A stretch of DNA of 64,000 nt from Octopus vulgaris (Eukaryota). A model generated the notes under the pieces. That model searched no databases. It was not told the origin of the DNA and was given only the letters and a program-made list of their open reading frames with translations. Both the position numbers and the translations under genes were made by a program. Within the stretch, counting starts at the first letter, position 1, and each line of letters opens with the position of its first letter. The stretch lies in the NCBI GenBank assembly GCA_951406725.2, contig OX597814.1:19282001-19346000 (forward strand). The letters run 5' to 3'. Below are positions 27,134-40,589 of this stretch, piece by piece.

Positions 27134-27970
27134 AACTTACTTGGAAGAAGACGACGCGTGCGTTCGATCATATAATAAAAAATTTATAAATTAGACATAT
27201 GCATACATACATATATGTACATACCTACATCTATATGTATATATACATGCATATATAAGTAAGTAAAAGAGTATATATGGGTACAGGGCACCACAAATAA
27301 ACGTAGAACACAACGAGAAACGAAAACATAAAAACAAAACAAGGAAACGGACCTTTTTTAACAACGAAAAAACAGAGTACAAGACAAACAACATAAGGAA
27401 CATTTCCCTTCTTCAGCTGCCCCTGTTTCGACTCAATGCGTGTTTCGATGGTAAGGGCAGAACACAACTACTTTAAAACAATCCTTCCCGCAAAGCGAAT
27501 TAAATAAAAAAAAATTGCGGAGGGGTTAAAAAAGGTGACTAGAACAGGACGTAAAAGCAATACAAATAAAGAAAAAAACAGTACAAATAAAGATAAAAAC
27601 AGTAAAAGACAGGACAAGGAAACCAACAATAAGGATTTTTTTAAGCCTAGACGGTGGAAAAATTCATTTGAACGCATTCTGAAGAACGGCTTGCGAGGAC
27701 AGAAAAAGCCGATGTTGACTTGTTGAAGGCAGTAGACAGAAAGAAAGTTAGTAGCTCTCTGGTCAGTGACGAGAGGGAGGAGGAAGAGGAACGGTGAAAG
27801 GGAGAGAAGAAACCAGAAAGGGTGAAAAATAAGAGAGGGAGAGAGACAGGTAGAGAGGAAGACAGACAGGCAGGGAGGAAAGGTCAAGTAAAGAGTTAAG
27901 AGTGCGCGTCATAATTATTGAAATAAAACTTACTTGGAAGAAGACGACGCGTGCGTTCGATCATATAATA
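27134..27970. mobile_element. ~800-bp non-coding element with 44-bp terminal direct repeats, in (TA)n; relatives at ~28010-28390 (inverted) and ~60490-61165
   Basis: Exact repeat AACTTACTTGGAAGAAGACGACGCGTGCGTTCGATCATATAATA at 27134-27177 and 27927-27970. Colinear similarity to 60490-61165. Confidence 0.75.
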
Positions 27971-28381
27971 ATATATAATTTTTTTGTATATATATATATA
28001 TATATATATACAACCATTCCTCTTTCTTCTCTCCCTTTCTCTTGCTCCTCCTCCCCCTCCCGTCGTTTACCCGCGATGAGACTTCCGCTACTGTCTTTTC
28101 TAGCTTGACCTCCTCAAGGTGTGGACGGCAATTCTTTTTGCTCCGTTCGTCGTTCACAAAAAAACATGGCGACTGAAGAAGGGTTTATTCTTTGTGTTAA
28201 TTGTCCTGTACTCTATATTTTTTTGTTGTTAAAAAAATGTTCAGTTCCCTGGGTTTGTGTCTATGTTTTCGTTTCTCATTGTGTTCGACGTTTTTTTGGT
28301 GTCCTGTACTCATATATGCGTGTATATATACATGTAGAGGTTGGTACGTACATATATGTATATATATATGCATATGTTTTT

Positions 28382-28482
<101 letters not shown>

Positions 28483-28616
28483 AGTTCTATATTTAAGAGA
28501 TGAGGAATTATGTACATTATTTACATTATTATTATTATTATCATTATTATTATTATTATTATTATAACATCGAAAAATACATTAGAAATGAGAACCCAGT
28601 TTCGAAAATTCCCCAA

Positions 28617-28662
28617 AACACCTGAAGAAGGCTATAGGGTATATCAGCCGAAACGTTGTGTT
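28617..28662 (+). ncRNA. Type I minimal hammerhead ribozyme
   Basis: AACAC-CTGAAGA-A-GGCT..AGCC-GAAA-CG-TT-GTGTT, with an ACGT palindromic stem III. Confidence 0.78.
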
Positions 28663-29506
28663 AACAACAAACAAGATGAGGACAAATACCTGTCGAATGA
28701 AATAATGTAAATAATGTATATATATATATATATATATAGAATAGTTAGAGCTTTGGCCTCCTATCATGAGGTAGGAAGTTCGATTCTCAGACCAGGCCTT
28801 GTGTTGTGTTCTTGAGCAAAACACTTTATTTCACGTTGCTGCAGTTCACTCAGCTGAGGAAATCTAGTTGCGACGTCGCTGGTACCAAGCTGTATCGGCC
28901 TCTGTCTTTCCTTTGGATAACATCGGTGGCGAAGAGAGAGGAGAGTGGGATGCATGGGTGACTACTTGTCTCCCATAAACAACCTTGCCCGCACTTGTGC
29001 CTCGGAGGGGAACTTTCTTGGAACAATTCCATGGTTAATCGTGACAGAAAGGGGTTTTACTCTTTATGCACAAGTTTAGCTAATTGCCAGGGAAAAGGCT
29101 ACTCGATACTACAGTAAAGTTTAATAATGTATTTTATTTTGATCGTATCAGCATCTTGCAACTCCGAGTTTCACCCGTAGAAACAGAGGATATTCAGCGA
29201 ACTTATCAGTAATAATTTTTCCTGAACATCCTGTGCATCTACAGGTAAAAGTCAGAGTAACAAGATAAGGACTTGACTAAAATAATGAGGGTGTATGTGT
29301 GTGTGCGCGTATATATTTAGAAATATGTATATACACACATACATGTGCCAAAGTTTTGATAGACATATGCTTTTCCATAAATTGTCTGTAATCTCCCTTC
29401 AATTATTCATTTTCATCTATTTTAGTTTAGTTTTTTGTTATTAATTTCTTGATTTATATATACACCCCCACATGCATACATACATACTTACATACATACA
29501 TACTTG

Positions 29507-29563
<57 letters not shown>

Positions 29564-29647
29564 GTATATGTGTGTGTATGTGAATATATATATATACATA
29601 TATATATATACACGCATATATATATATTTAATATCAATATACACATT

Positions 29648-29694
<47 letters not shown>

Positions 29695-30199
29695 GTATAT
29701 ATACATGTATGTATTTTTATGCGTATATGTGTGTGTATGTATGTCTCTCTCTCTCTATATATATATATATATCGAGAGTGACTAAGAGAGAAAGAGGGAG
29801 ACAGATAGATAGAGGCTTATACATAGCATATGTGTATTCGTGGGTCTGTGCTTGCGTTTCTGAGTGTAGGCATTTACTTGCCTGTGCCTATTATATAGCG
29901 AGAGTTATGTATTAATCAGAATACGTTTTGTCACAAAGCTGCTTACATAATATTTTCGCATTCTGTTACTGGTTTATCATGAGTGATAAACGATCTTATT
30001 CCAGAAGCTTCTATAAAACAGATAAGAAATATAAAAGTTAATAAATTCTTTTTTGATATTCCGCGTGCAGTTATTATTTTTTTTTTTTATTTATCTGAGT
30101 TTTTTTTTTCGTACATCATCGTGTAACATATTTCGTTATAATACTGTTCATAATGATGATACCGACAAGTAGGATGATGACGGTGATGATGATGATATA

Positions 30200-30252
<53 letters not shown>

Positions 30253-30572
30253 AAGACTTCTATTACCCAGAAGGGCGTGGATGAGGAAGACGTCACAAGG
30301 ACAGTCAAGAATTTGTGTTGTTTTTTTACATAAAAATACAGAGAAAAAAATGGGGAAAAATACCTAAATGAGATAAAAGAATATATGGTATAGAAATCGT
30401 GTCAAGCGTGAATGATACAATCCTCGTGATGAAGGAGAAACTTCAGCTAAGGTCAATCAAGGAACCTCATAGTTTCAGTTTTATCCTGACCACCAAAGTA
30501 CGATTCCTTGCCCGACCGTTGTTCTGTATTCTACTGGTGAATAATAAAAACTGAAATTTATCAAAATATTAC

Positions 30573-30651
<79 letters not shown>

Positions 30652-30682
30652 GAGTGAGAGAGCAGTGCATGCCATCAAAGTG

Positions 30683-30738
<56 letters not shown>

Positions 30739-30740
<2 letters not shown>

Positions 30741-31046
30741 GTTTGACTTTTGCTTTATATTTGTACAAGTTGGTTCCAAGTCTCACCCAGAGACTTCAAG
30801 AGACAACAGGCTGGAAATTAGTGTTGTTGTTATGCCTAGTGTGCCATTTATTTGGTTTTGTATTTAGTGTTGTACTAGTGAATGTCTAAAAAAAAACATA
30901 TGAAAATTATGTTTGTTTTAAAACTTGAGATTACATAGAAAGTATTTTGCGTAGGATATGAGCAGTTCCCATGAGCACTATCTTTTGAATTTCTGCCATT
31001 TAGGGGTTTCCTGGTATCTGAGTTAAGTAGAATCAGCCCCTTTTGC
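30739..31046 (-). mobile_element. 3' stub of a second R4/Dong-like subfamily, in (TAA)n
   Basis: Translates ...QIPGNP/MAEIQKIVLMGTAHILRKILSM* followed by a distinct 3'UTR. Flanked by (TAA)n. Confidence 0.72.
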
Positions 31047-31104
<58 letters not shown>

Positions 31105-31130
31105 CATCATTATTATTATTATTATTATTA

Positions 31131-31200
<70 letters not shown>

Positions 31201-31735
31201 TGAGTGAAAGAGCTGTGCATGCCATCAAAGTGACACTGGGCTAAAATATACGAAGCCCAGTATACCCATCATGACTACCCGTCTGATATGGGTACACCAT
31301 GTATGTCCGTCACAACTAAATGTGCGTGACATGGTGATCTCATATTAAAATAAACAGCGCAAGACCTTGCAGGCGGGGCCCAGTTAAATTGTTATTCTGA
31401 TTGAGTAGCCCATCCCGCTCAAAAGGTTTAAGGATGTCGAATGAAACACCCATGTTTCCAAAGGTGAATTATCCAAACCTCCGAGAATTCCTTTCAACAC
31501 ACAGCTATGATGCTCCCCCACTACTTCTGCTCGTAGTCAGAGATGCACATATCGTCAGCCACTAAGTTACATGGTCAACCGGATAAGGTCAAACAACTGA
31601 CAAGCAAATCTGGGGTACTGAGCAGAATGTTTGATGTAGCCCATCATTTATACCAAGACAAAACAATGTACATGATAATACTTCCAATCAGTTAAGATCA
31701 GAAGCCATGAGAGCCACTGGTACTGCATCAGGGCA
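31201..31735 (-). mobile_element. Unclassified non-coding (TAA)n-inserted retroposon, copy 1 (family D)
   Basis: Closely similar to 31755-32310 with the same two ends. Bounded by (TTA)n. Confidence 0.8.
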
Positions 31736-31754
31736 TTATTATTATTATTATTAT

Positions 31755-32309
31755 TGAGTGAGTGAGCAGAGCATGCCATCAAAGTGACACTGGGGTAAAA
31801 TATACGAAGCCCAGTATACCCATCATGACTACCCGTCTGATAAGGGTACACCAGGCACATGCATCACAACCATATGTGCGCGACATGGTGATCTCATATC
31901 TAGATAAACAGCACATGACCTTGCAGGTGGAGCCCAGTTAGAATTTTCTTCAGATCGAGTAACCCATCCCGCTCAAAAGGTCCCTCAATAAGGATTGTTT
32001 AAGGACGTTGAACGAAACACCCATGTTTCCAGAGGTGAATTATTCAAACCCCAAAGAATCCTTCTCAACACATGGCTATGATGCTCCCCCACTACTTCTG
32101 CTCGTGATCAGAGATGCACATATCGTCAGCCACTAAGGGACATGCTCAACCGGTTAAGGTCAAACAACTGACAAGCAAATCTGTGGTATTGAGCAGAATA
32201 TTTGCTGTAGCCCATCTTTTATACCAAGACAAAACAATGTACATGATAACACTTCCAATCAGTTAAAATCAGAAGCCATGAGAGCCACTGCCTGGTACTG
32301 CATCAGGGC

Positions 32310-32310
<1 letters not shown>
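31755..32310 (-). mobile_element. Family D, copy 2 (full length, ~555 bp)
   Basis: Head-to-tail with copy 1, separated by a short (TTA)n. Confidence 0.8.
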
Positions 32311-32387
<77 letters not shown>

Positions 32388-32397
32388 CATTATTATT

Positions 32398-32987
32398 CAG
32401 TACTTTTATTTTTATAACGTGCTTTCACTTCACTACCGAGCACAGCTCTGTGTGCCTCGGGTATGTGCTGTGGTTTGGTTTGATGCTCTTATGGTTACTG
32501 TATTGAAAGTGTTTTGCGTAGAATGGGTCCAGTGCATATTTGTCCTATTTTCTGTATGCTATATATATTTGTATGTCCTGGTGTTTTTGTTATGTATTTG
32601 TCTATATATTTTTTATCATAGCTAATGCGCCTACTATGATAGTAATTATTTCTGTTTTTAGATTCCACATTCGAGTTACCTCTATTTCTAGGTCTTTGTA
32701 TTTTGAAAGTTTCTCCATTTGTGTTAGAGATACGTTGATATCTGCTGGTATTGATACATCAGTTAGAAAGCATTGTTTTTTCTTCATGATCTCTGACAAC
32801 TATATCGGGCCTATTGGCCTTAGTTTCTCTATCTGTGTGTATTGGCACATCCCAGTGTATGGTTGCTTTCTCGTTTTCTGTGACCTTTTCTGGTGGGTGC
32901 CTATACCATCTTTTTTCTGTTGTTCTTCCATAGTGTTGGCATAGCTTCCAGTGTATGTAGGCCCCAACTCTGTCGTGTCTGTGAATA

Positions 32988-32990
<3 letters not shown>
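32398..32990 (-). mobile_element. 5'-truncated R4/Dong-like LINE 3' end with restriction-like endonuclease, in (TAA)n
   Basis: Translates YIHRHDRVGAYIHWKLC...WDVPIHTDRETKANRPDIVV...DVSIP...EKLSKYKDLEIE..RMW...IIVGAL. (TAA)n on both sides. Confidence 0.85.
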
Positions 32991-33035
<45 letters not shown>

Positions 33036-33062
33036 CATTATTATTATTATTATTACTATTAT

Positions 33063-33411
33063 TGAGTGAGAGAGCAGTGCATGCCATCAAAGTAACACTG
33101 GGGTAAAATATACGAAGCTCAGTATACCCATCATAACTACCCGTCTGATAAGGGTACACCAGGCACATGCATCACAACCATATGTGCGCGACATGGTGAT
33201 CTCATATCAAGATAAACAGCACATGACCTTGCAGGTGGAGCCCAGTTAGAATTTTCTTCAGATCGAGTAACCCATCCCACTCGAAAGGTCCCTGAATAAG
33301 GGTTGTTTAAGGATGTTGAACGAAACACCCATGTTTCCAGAGGTGAATTATTCAAACCCCAAAGAATCCCTCTCAACACATGGCTATGATGCTCCACCAC
33401 TACTTCTGCTC
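33063..33411 (-). mobile_element. Family D, truncated copy (a 33-bp stub also lies at 30651-30683)
   Basis: Keeps the TGAGTGAGAGAGCAGTGCATGCCATCAAAG end and loses the other. This polarity implies 5' truncation of a minus-strand retroposon. Confidence 0.75.
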
Positions 33412-33414
33412 TAC

Positions 33415-33466
<52 letters not shown>

Positions 33467-34163
33467 GCACAAGATCAGCAAGTTTAAAGGAGGAAGTCAG
33501 TCGATTATATGAACCACAGTGTTCCAATGCAACTAATACCGATACCGATAAACGGCAAAGATAACCTCAACGGAATTGGACCCGGAACAGGAGCTGGAAA
33601 AAATGCCGCTGTGTATTTTGCCCGACAAACAAGAAAGAGTACCTTGCCGCGAAATGTAGCACCAATATCAATTAATTTTCCATTTTAATAGCGACTTATT
33701 TTAATGTGAAATAAATAGATCTCGCGCAGACAATCAATTATATGAATGTACTGTCTCTTTATGTCCGTATGTATGTGCACGAGCATGCGTATGTAGAAGA
33801 TTCCGTTAATCAAGGCAGTTTTAATAGTATATTAGACTGATACATTCCTTGTTATCTTCAGCTTAAAAAAAAAAACGGAAAAAATAATACTAATAAAACC
33901 TAATGTTTTTTAAGCATACATATTGTGTTTCACGGGCTTTACGACGGAGAGTACATATCTAAAAGAAAGAAAAAAAAACACTTATAAGTTAACTCAAGAT
34001 AAAAAAACAAAAGTAGATAAAGAATTCGAAAAGTTGTATTAAAAAAGAAATAAAAGTACAAGTAAAAATGACCGATAAGAAGAACTTTTTGAAGAACTTC
34101 TATATTCTAACTAATGAAAACATACACACGCGCACGCACGCGCACACACACACATACATCTTT

Positions 34164-34214
<51 letters not shown>

Positions 34215-34289
34215 TGTATATATATATATATATATACATGCATATAAGTATATATATATTGATATATATACATGTATATAAATATATAA

Positions 34290-34324
<35 letters not shown>

Positions 34325-35899
34325 CATATATGTATATATATATAATATATATTATATATTTATATACATGTATATATATCTATATATATATACTTATATG
34401 CATGTATATATATACATATATACATGCATATATATATATATATACATACATGCATGCATACATATGCATGTATATGTGTGCATGCGTGTGCGTTTATATG
34501 TAAGGTGTATTGTGGCTGCCACACCGTCAGTTTGATTCACACGTTAACCGATACCACACGTTCTTACTAAGCATTTTATACCATTACGAACATCTGTTAT
34601 TCTTATTTCATTCTCTATCTCACTTTCTTTTCTTTATTTCCTCTCTCTCTCTCTCTCTTTCTCTACGTTTTTTTTTGTGTATACGTTTACACGCCGTATG
34701 TGCATGTATTTGTATGCGTGTGTTTTTGTGTGGGTGTGTGTGTCAGTGCGTACATGTGTTCTGCTGTGCCTATGCAAGTCGTCCTCTGTTACGTATTCTT
34801 AGTTACTTTGTATCATTAAGAACCTATTATAATTTCCCTCCCACTGGCTGTCATATTGAGACCACCCATATACTGTATTATTGTTTCTCTAATTAACAGA
34901 TAAAACAGTCTGCATTCCTCTACATTGATTTCTTGCCTCAGAATAAGTAAGGAACTTTAAATGTTAGCGCGGAATCTAACGACATTGATATTCTTTAAAT
35001 TCTTGTTCGTCGTATGAGCATTATGAGTTCGATTCCCGTTGCAGTCAGTCGTGGCTCCGAAGCTTCTGATGGCGATAAAATTATATATATATCAAGTGCT
35101 GGAATAGATCTAATCCCTCTACATTAAACTTGAATATTATTCATTCTGAGTGAATTCAACAGGTCCATTGACTACGTGGAGATTCCAGCCATTTAGAATC
35201 TCTTGTAGACATACAGCAACAAAAAAAAAAAAAAAAAAAAAAACGATAACTTGTGTCCGAGGACTGGTGCGCATAGAAAGTTCAGTCATTAGTTTAATAC
35301 TAAAATGTGAGTTGGTATTTGTCAATGAGCCGAATATTCTTCATTTAGAATAAATGTATATAGTGGTCCGAAAGTCTTGTCACCCTGCCCCCGACCGAAA
35401 TGTAATAAGAACAATAGAAGAACATTATAATAATTTTTTCTACTGTAGACACAAGGCCCGAAATTTTCTGGGGAGGGGATCAGTCGATTAGATCGACGCC
35501 AATATGCTTAATTTATGGACCACGAAAAGATGAAAGGTAAAGTCAACCTTGGTGGAATTTGAACTCAGAACGTTGCGGCAAACGAAATACCTATTTCTAT
35601 TTCTTTACTACCCACAATGGTCTAAATACAAAGAGGACAAACAAGGACAGACAAACGGATTAAGTCGATTATATCGACTTCAGTGCGTAACTGGTACTTA
35701 TTTAATCGACCCTAAAAGGATGAAAGTCAAAGTCGACCTCGGCAGAATTTGAACTCAGAACGTAGCGGCAGACGAAATACCGCTAAGCGTTTCGCCCGGC
35801 GTGCTAACGTTACTGCCAGCTCGCCGCCTTCGAACAATATAATAAGATCAAACACACGTACTGGTTTTAGTATATTCACTTTCATTGACACTGACATTG

Positions 35900-36055
35900 T
35901 CACCCATCGAGAAGGTCTTGTGGCACAAAATGATGCTGTACAATGTCTTGTGTGATATTTTACGAAGCATTGCTTTGGTGATTTTATAGTTGAAAAGGCT
36001 GCCGAAACAGCGTCCTTCAACTGTTGGGTATTCTGGTATTGCTCATGTGAAACTC
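35900..36055 (-). pseudogene. Possible Tc1-like transposase C-terminal relic
   Basis: QLKDAVSAAFSTI/TKAMLRKISHKT...IILC resembles Tc1/mariner C-termini. Confidence 0.35.
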
Positions 36056-37097
36056 TCTCTTTGATAATAGAAAATTAAAACAATATTTACAGGTGGTGAT
36101 AAGACTGTATATATATATATTCATTAGATCTAGGGGAAATGTTTGTTTGTGAAGATAGCGGCAGATCAGCGTATATATATTTGGTTGAGGAAGATTCAGT
36201 AAAGGTGACAGAGATCCTTCACATGTAGCTCACAGGGTGACTGATGAATGCTAAAATGGATTTTGTCGTGTAAAGGAAATCTATAAATTTGGAAAGCAGA
36301 CTTCCCAATTAAAAATTAAAGAGAATGACATAACTGAGAATCAGAGATTGTGAAGTCAAGTATTTATGGTGGCTTTTTGTCCTTATTATTCCTCTTGAAG
36401 TCACAGAAGTATTGTGATAAGTATTTCCTTGTTTGTTTGTTTGTTTATTTTGGTGTTGCTGTTGTTGTTGTAGAAACCCATGTCAACCTTAACTGAACTT
36501 ACTAACAAACAAAAGATTCTAACCGTAACCACCCCATCGCTGTTTGTAATCAGGGACTACATCATGTCCTTCCTTTTCTAATAATAGCTGGCTGCGAATT
36601 GTTAGAGAGATCTGGGAACTGCTTCTAATAGTTCGAAATGAACACGTAGTTGCTATTGTTATCTCCTGTTTCCTTCATATGTATGTTATGTGAATGTTCA
36701 TTTGCGCATCCATGCGTGCCTTATGGCAAGTGTTCTCTGCTTTAAATGAACCAAACTATACCCTCCCAGTTAAGCAATTTTTCTTTGCTAGGTATTCGCT
36801 TCATTAATCAACAATAGTTACCCACTCCAGTAACAGTTTATTTAATGGCGTTAAAAGAACTAAAATTCCAGGTGTAACACTCCATGACTGTAAATGATAA
36901 CTATGAAAAATATTGTGTTGTACATTGAAACATATTATTTTAATATAGTTAGTGAAGCATATATCAATTCACTCACTCAAGATACTCGGAGAAGTAATTG
37001 AAATATTAAGTTGAATCCCTTATCTTCGTTCTGTCGTACTTACATTCAATTTAGCTCTTCATTGACACCGTATATTATACAATACTAATACTACAAC

Positions 37098-37142
37098 TAC
37101 TGATGATGGTGATGATGATGATGAGGATGATGATGATGATGT

Positions 37143-37181
<39 letters not shown>

Positions 37182-37470
37182 GTTGATGATGACGACGATG
37201 ACGACAACGACGACGACGTTGATGATGATGATGACGACGATGACGATGGCGGCGACGACGACGACGACCATGATGATGATGATGATGACGACGACGATGA
37301 CGATGGCGACGACGATGATGATGATGACGACGACGACGATGACGATGGCGACGACGACGATGATGACGACGACGATAATGATGACGACGACGACGATGAT
37401 GATGATGATGATGATGACGATGACGATGACGATGATGTTGATGATTATGATGATGATGATGATGTCAACG
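37098..37470. repeat. (GAT/GAC)n trinucleotide array
   Basis: Direct inspection. Confidence 0.95.
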
Positions 37471-37828
37471 ACATGATATATTCTTGATGATGCTATATTT
37501 TTTTTACAAGATTAAATATATGATGATGAGAGTTAATCCGAAAGCCAACGATGATGTACATTATCGTATGCTTTCTTGCAAACTATGCCACCAACAACTA
37601 AGTTCAGGTTAATAGATTCTCCTTCTCTAGAAAGCAAGCTACGGTAAGCATGTAATTACTCATATCTCTTTTCTTTTCATTGTACTCCTCTATTAACACT
37701 GTCTTTCTTTCTGTCGTTTGTGTTTAATTTTCAATACAATAAGTAACGAACGGGTGTTTATGCCTGGGCATACCTTGTGAGTTTTTTTTTTTTTAGACCA
37801 GAATATATGAAGCCTCGTCATTAGAAAT

Positions 37829-38213
37829 GGATGGAAGCACTCCGTCGGTTACGACGACGAGGGTTCCGGTTGATCCGATCAACGGAACAGCCTGCTCGTG
37901 AAATTAACGTGTAAGTGGCTGAGCACTCCACAGACAGGTGTACCCTTAACGTAGTTCTCGGGGATATTCAGCGTGACACAGAGAGTGACAAGGCCGGCCC
38001 TTTGAAATACAGGTACAACAGAAACAGGAAGTAAGAGTGAGAGAAAGTTGTGGTGAAAGAGTACAGCAGGGATCACCACCATCCCCTGCCGGAGCTTCGT
38101 GGAGCTTTAGGTGTTTTCGCTCAATAAACACTCACAACGCCCGGTCTGGGAATCGAAACCGCGATCCTACGACCGCGAGTCCGCTGCCCTAACCACTGGG
38201 CAATTGCGCCTCC
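37829..38213 (-). mobile_element. SINE family C, full length with 13-bp TSD
   Basis: Nearly identical to 10040-10422. TSD CGTCATTAGAAAT (37816-37828 / 38214-38226). Confidence 0.9.
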
Positions 38214-38310
38214 CGTCATTAGAAATCAAAAGGACATAATGTAAACTCTGTAAGCAGTCGGTGTCAGGAGCTTTCAAATTTGATATTTTTGGTGTCTATG
38301 AACGAGAAAT

Positions 38311-38345
<35 letters not shown>

Positions 38346-38695
38346 TTCATTCATTCATTTATTTCAGAAAACAGCGATGAGATCCTGGAATTAACAACCC
38401 CGAAAGGACGAGAGGCAAAGTGGACCTCGGCAGAATTTGAAAGCAGAACGTAAAGACGCACGAAATGAGGCTGTCATTTTGTCTTATATACTAAAGATTC
38501 TACTAGCTTACCGTTCTATCAGTAGAAATAATATTGATGTGTCTACGTTCTATCAATGCATCTACTGACAAACATTTTACTTGAGTAAAATTAATATAAT
38601 TGTGTGCTTTTTTTTTCTTTTACTTACTTCAAGCCTTTATATATCTTAAACCTTTACATGTCTTAACATTAACTGCCCACACTTCTGTCACTAAG

Positions 38696-38864
38696 CAGTG
38701 CCGTCTTAGCAATTTTATATGTCCCCATTCAAGTCAATGCACTAGGCCTTATAGTATTTATCTACCGACAGCAAGCCACAACATACATAGGTCTGAATTG
38801 ATCCCCTAGACTCATAAGGCCCCTGGGCAACTGCCCAGTGTGCCTGTGACTTAAGATGGTCCTG
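38696..38864. mobile_element. Small hAT-like MITE
   Basis: Imperfect TIRs CAGTGCCGTCTTA / TAAGATGGTCCTG. 8-bp flanks TCACTAAG / CCATTAAG (6/8 match). Confidence 0.55.
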
Positions 38865-39584
38865 CCATTAAGACCAACTTACTCTGAGTCCAAAATATTT
38901 TTTAACTTACATAAATGTTCCATCAATATCTTCCGAGTGGCGGAAACGCATTCAGTTTCAAAATTCATTTTATGGCGGGCATTTGGTGTCGCTATCATAT
39001 GCATGTAAGTATGAAAGACTCAAAAGGCTAAAATTTCCATAACAACAGACCATTTTCCCGTTAGGATCTTATATGGAGAGGCATTCTACTGTTAATGAAA
39101 TATTCCCTGTATGAAAATAAATTCTATCTACAAAATTAATTTTAAAAGCTTGTTAGAAGCCAGCCTCGAAGTGCGATACCAAAATATCTCAGAAAAGGTC
39201 AATAAGTCAATAATAATAATGCCTTCTATCATAAGTACAAGAGCTGACATTTTGGGTCAGGGAACTTGTCGATTAAATGGAACCCAGTGATTGACAGGTA
39301 ATTATTTTATCTACCCTGAAATGTAGAATAAACAAAGTTGACAACAGTGACATTTGAGCTCAGAACGTAAAGCCGGCAGAAATGTCGATGAATGCTTTGT
39401 CGGTCGCGGTAACGATTCTGCCAGCTCAGCGCCTTATTAATGCTTTCGGCTTTAGGCACAATGCTTGAAATTTTGTGAGGAAAAGAGTAAGTCGATATCA
39501 TCGACCCAAGTACTCGACTTGTACAAACTTGACCTCGACATTTGAGCTCAGAAGGTAAAACTGGCAGATATGTCGCTGAACATC

Positions 39585-40570
39585 CTGGAGTATGATCTTG
39601 GAAGCGGTAAAGGAAAATTGAACCTGTTGTTATTCTTGGACGACTTAATGTTATTCACAAAAAAATAACACAGTAACGTAGAGCTGGACAGCCTAGTCCA
39701 GTCTGTGCAGATTTTCGCGAATGGTATCAAAATGGAGTTTGGACTCTCAAAGTATGCTACGATGATGAGACGAGGAAAGCTTATCAGGAAAGAAGGCATA
39801 TGGATGTCAACCGGTGAAATAATGAAGACAATTGAACCTGAACCCGGTTTTAAATACTTGAGTAGATAGAATTAAACACATCGCTATGAAAGAAAAGACA
39901 AAGAAAGAGTATCTGCGGCGAGCGAGAAAAATATTGGATTCAAAGCTGAATCCAAGAAACATAATTTCGGCAAAAAATAAATAAATAAATAACGTGCAGT
40001 CACAGTAGTTCGTTATGGCGCTGGAATCCTGATGTGGGCGGAGTCAAAAAAAGTTGCACAGGAAGACAAGAAACCTCCTAATGATACGAGGAGCCCATCA
40101 CCCCCCCCCCCTGCAGAGACTGATCGCCTTTTACATGAAGAGAGTAAATGAAGGAAGGGGACTGGTTGCATATCGAAGTCGAGAGCTTAATATGACACCT
40201 ATCCCAAATTAAGGAAACCTTGCTAGCATCAGTTAGGAATGAAGGAATGTTGAAAGGAGAGAAAAAAGGAGGATACAAAGGAAGAAGTACAAAAAGGGCA
40301 TGAAGAAATATTACATAACATGGGACTATACAATCATTTCCATGTAGCTACAACAGAAGTTGCTGGAAAACACAAGACCAATCTTTAACCAGGAATTGAA
40401 GGGTCAACCTTAGGAATGAGCAAGTGTATCTACTGTGCCATAGCTGCAATAGAGTGGGCGAAACCATTGCCCATATCGCGAACGAAGGCCAGAGAACTGT
40501 CCGAAACCACTACAAGTTGCGCCGACACGATGAAGTAGAGAACGTGCTACATTGGAAACTGTCCGAAAAG
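39585..40570 (+). pseudogene. Decayed R4/Dong-clade RT C-terminal fragment
   Basis: LLLFLDDLMLF, ELDSLVQSVQIFANGIKMEFGLSKYA, KEYLRRARKILDSKLN, VVRYGAGILMW, RRHDEV...LHWKL. Confidence 0.8.
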
Positions 40571-40589
40571 TGGTGACTAGAGAGAGGCA

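Noticed and set aside
37183-37476. Poly-Met/Thr ORF, or poly-Asp in another frame, resembling an acidic biomineral protein
   Set aside because: Pure GAT/GAC repeat with no flanking coding context or supportable splice sites.
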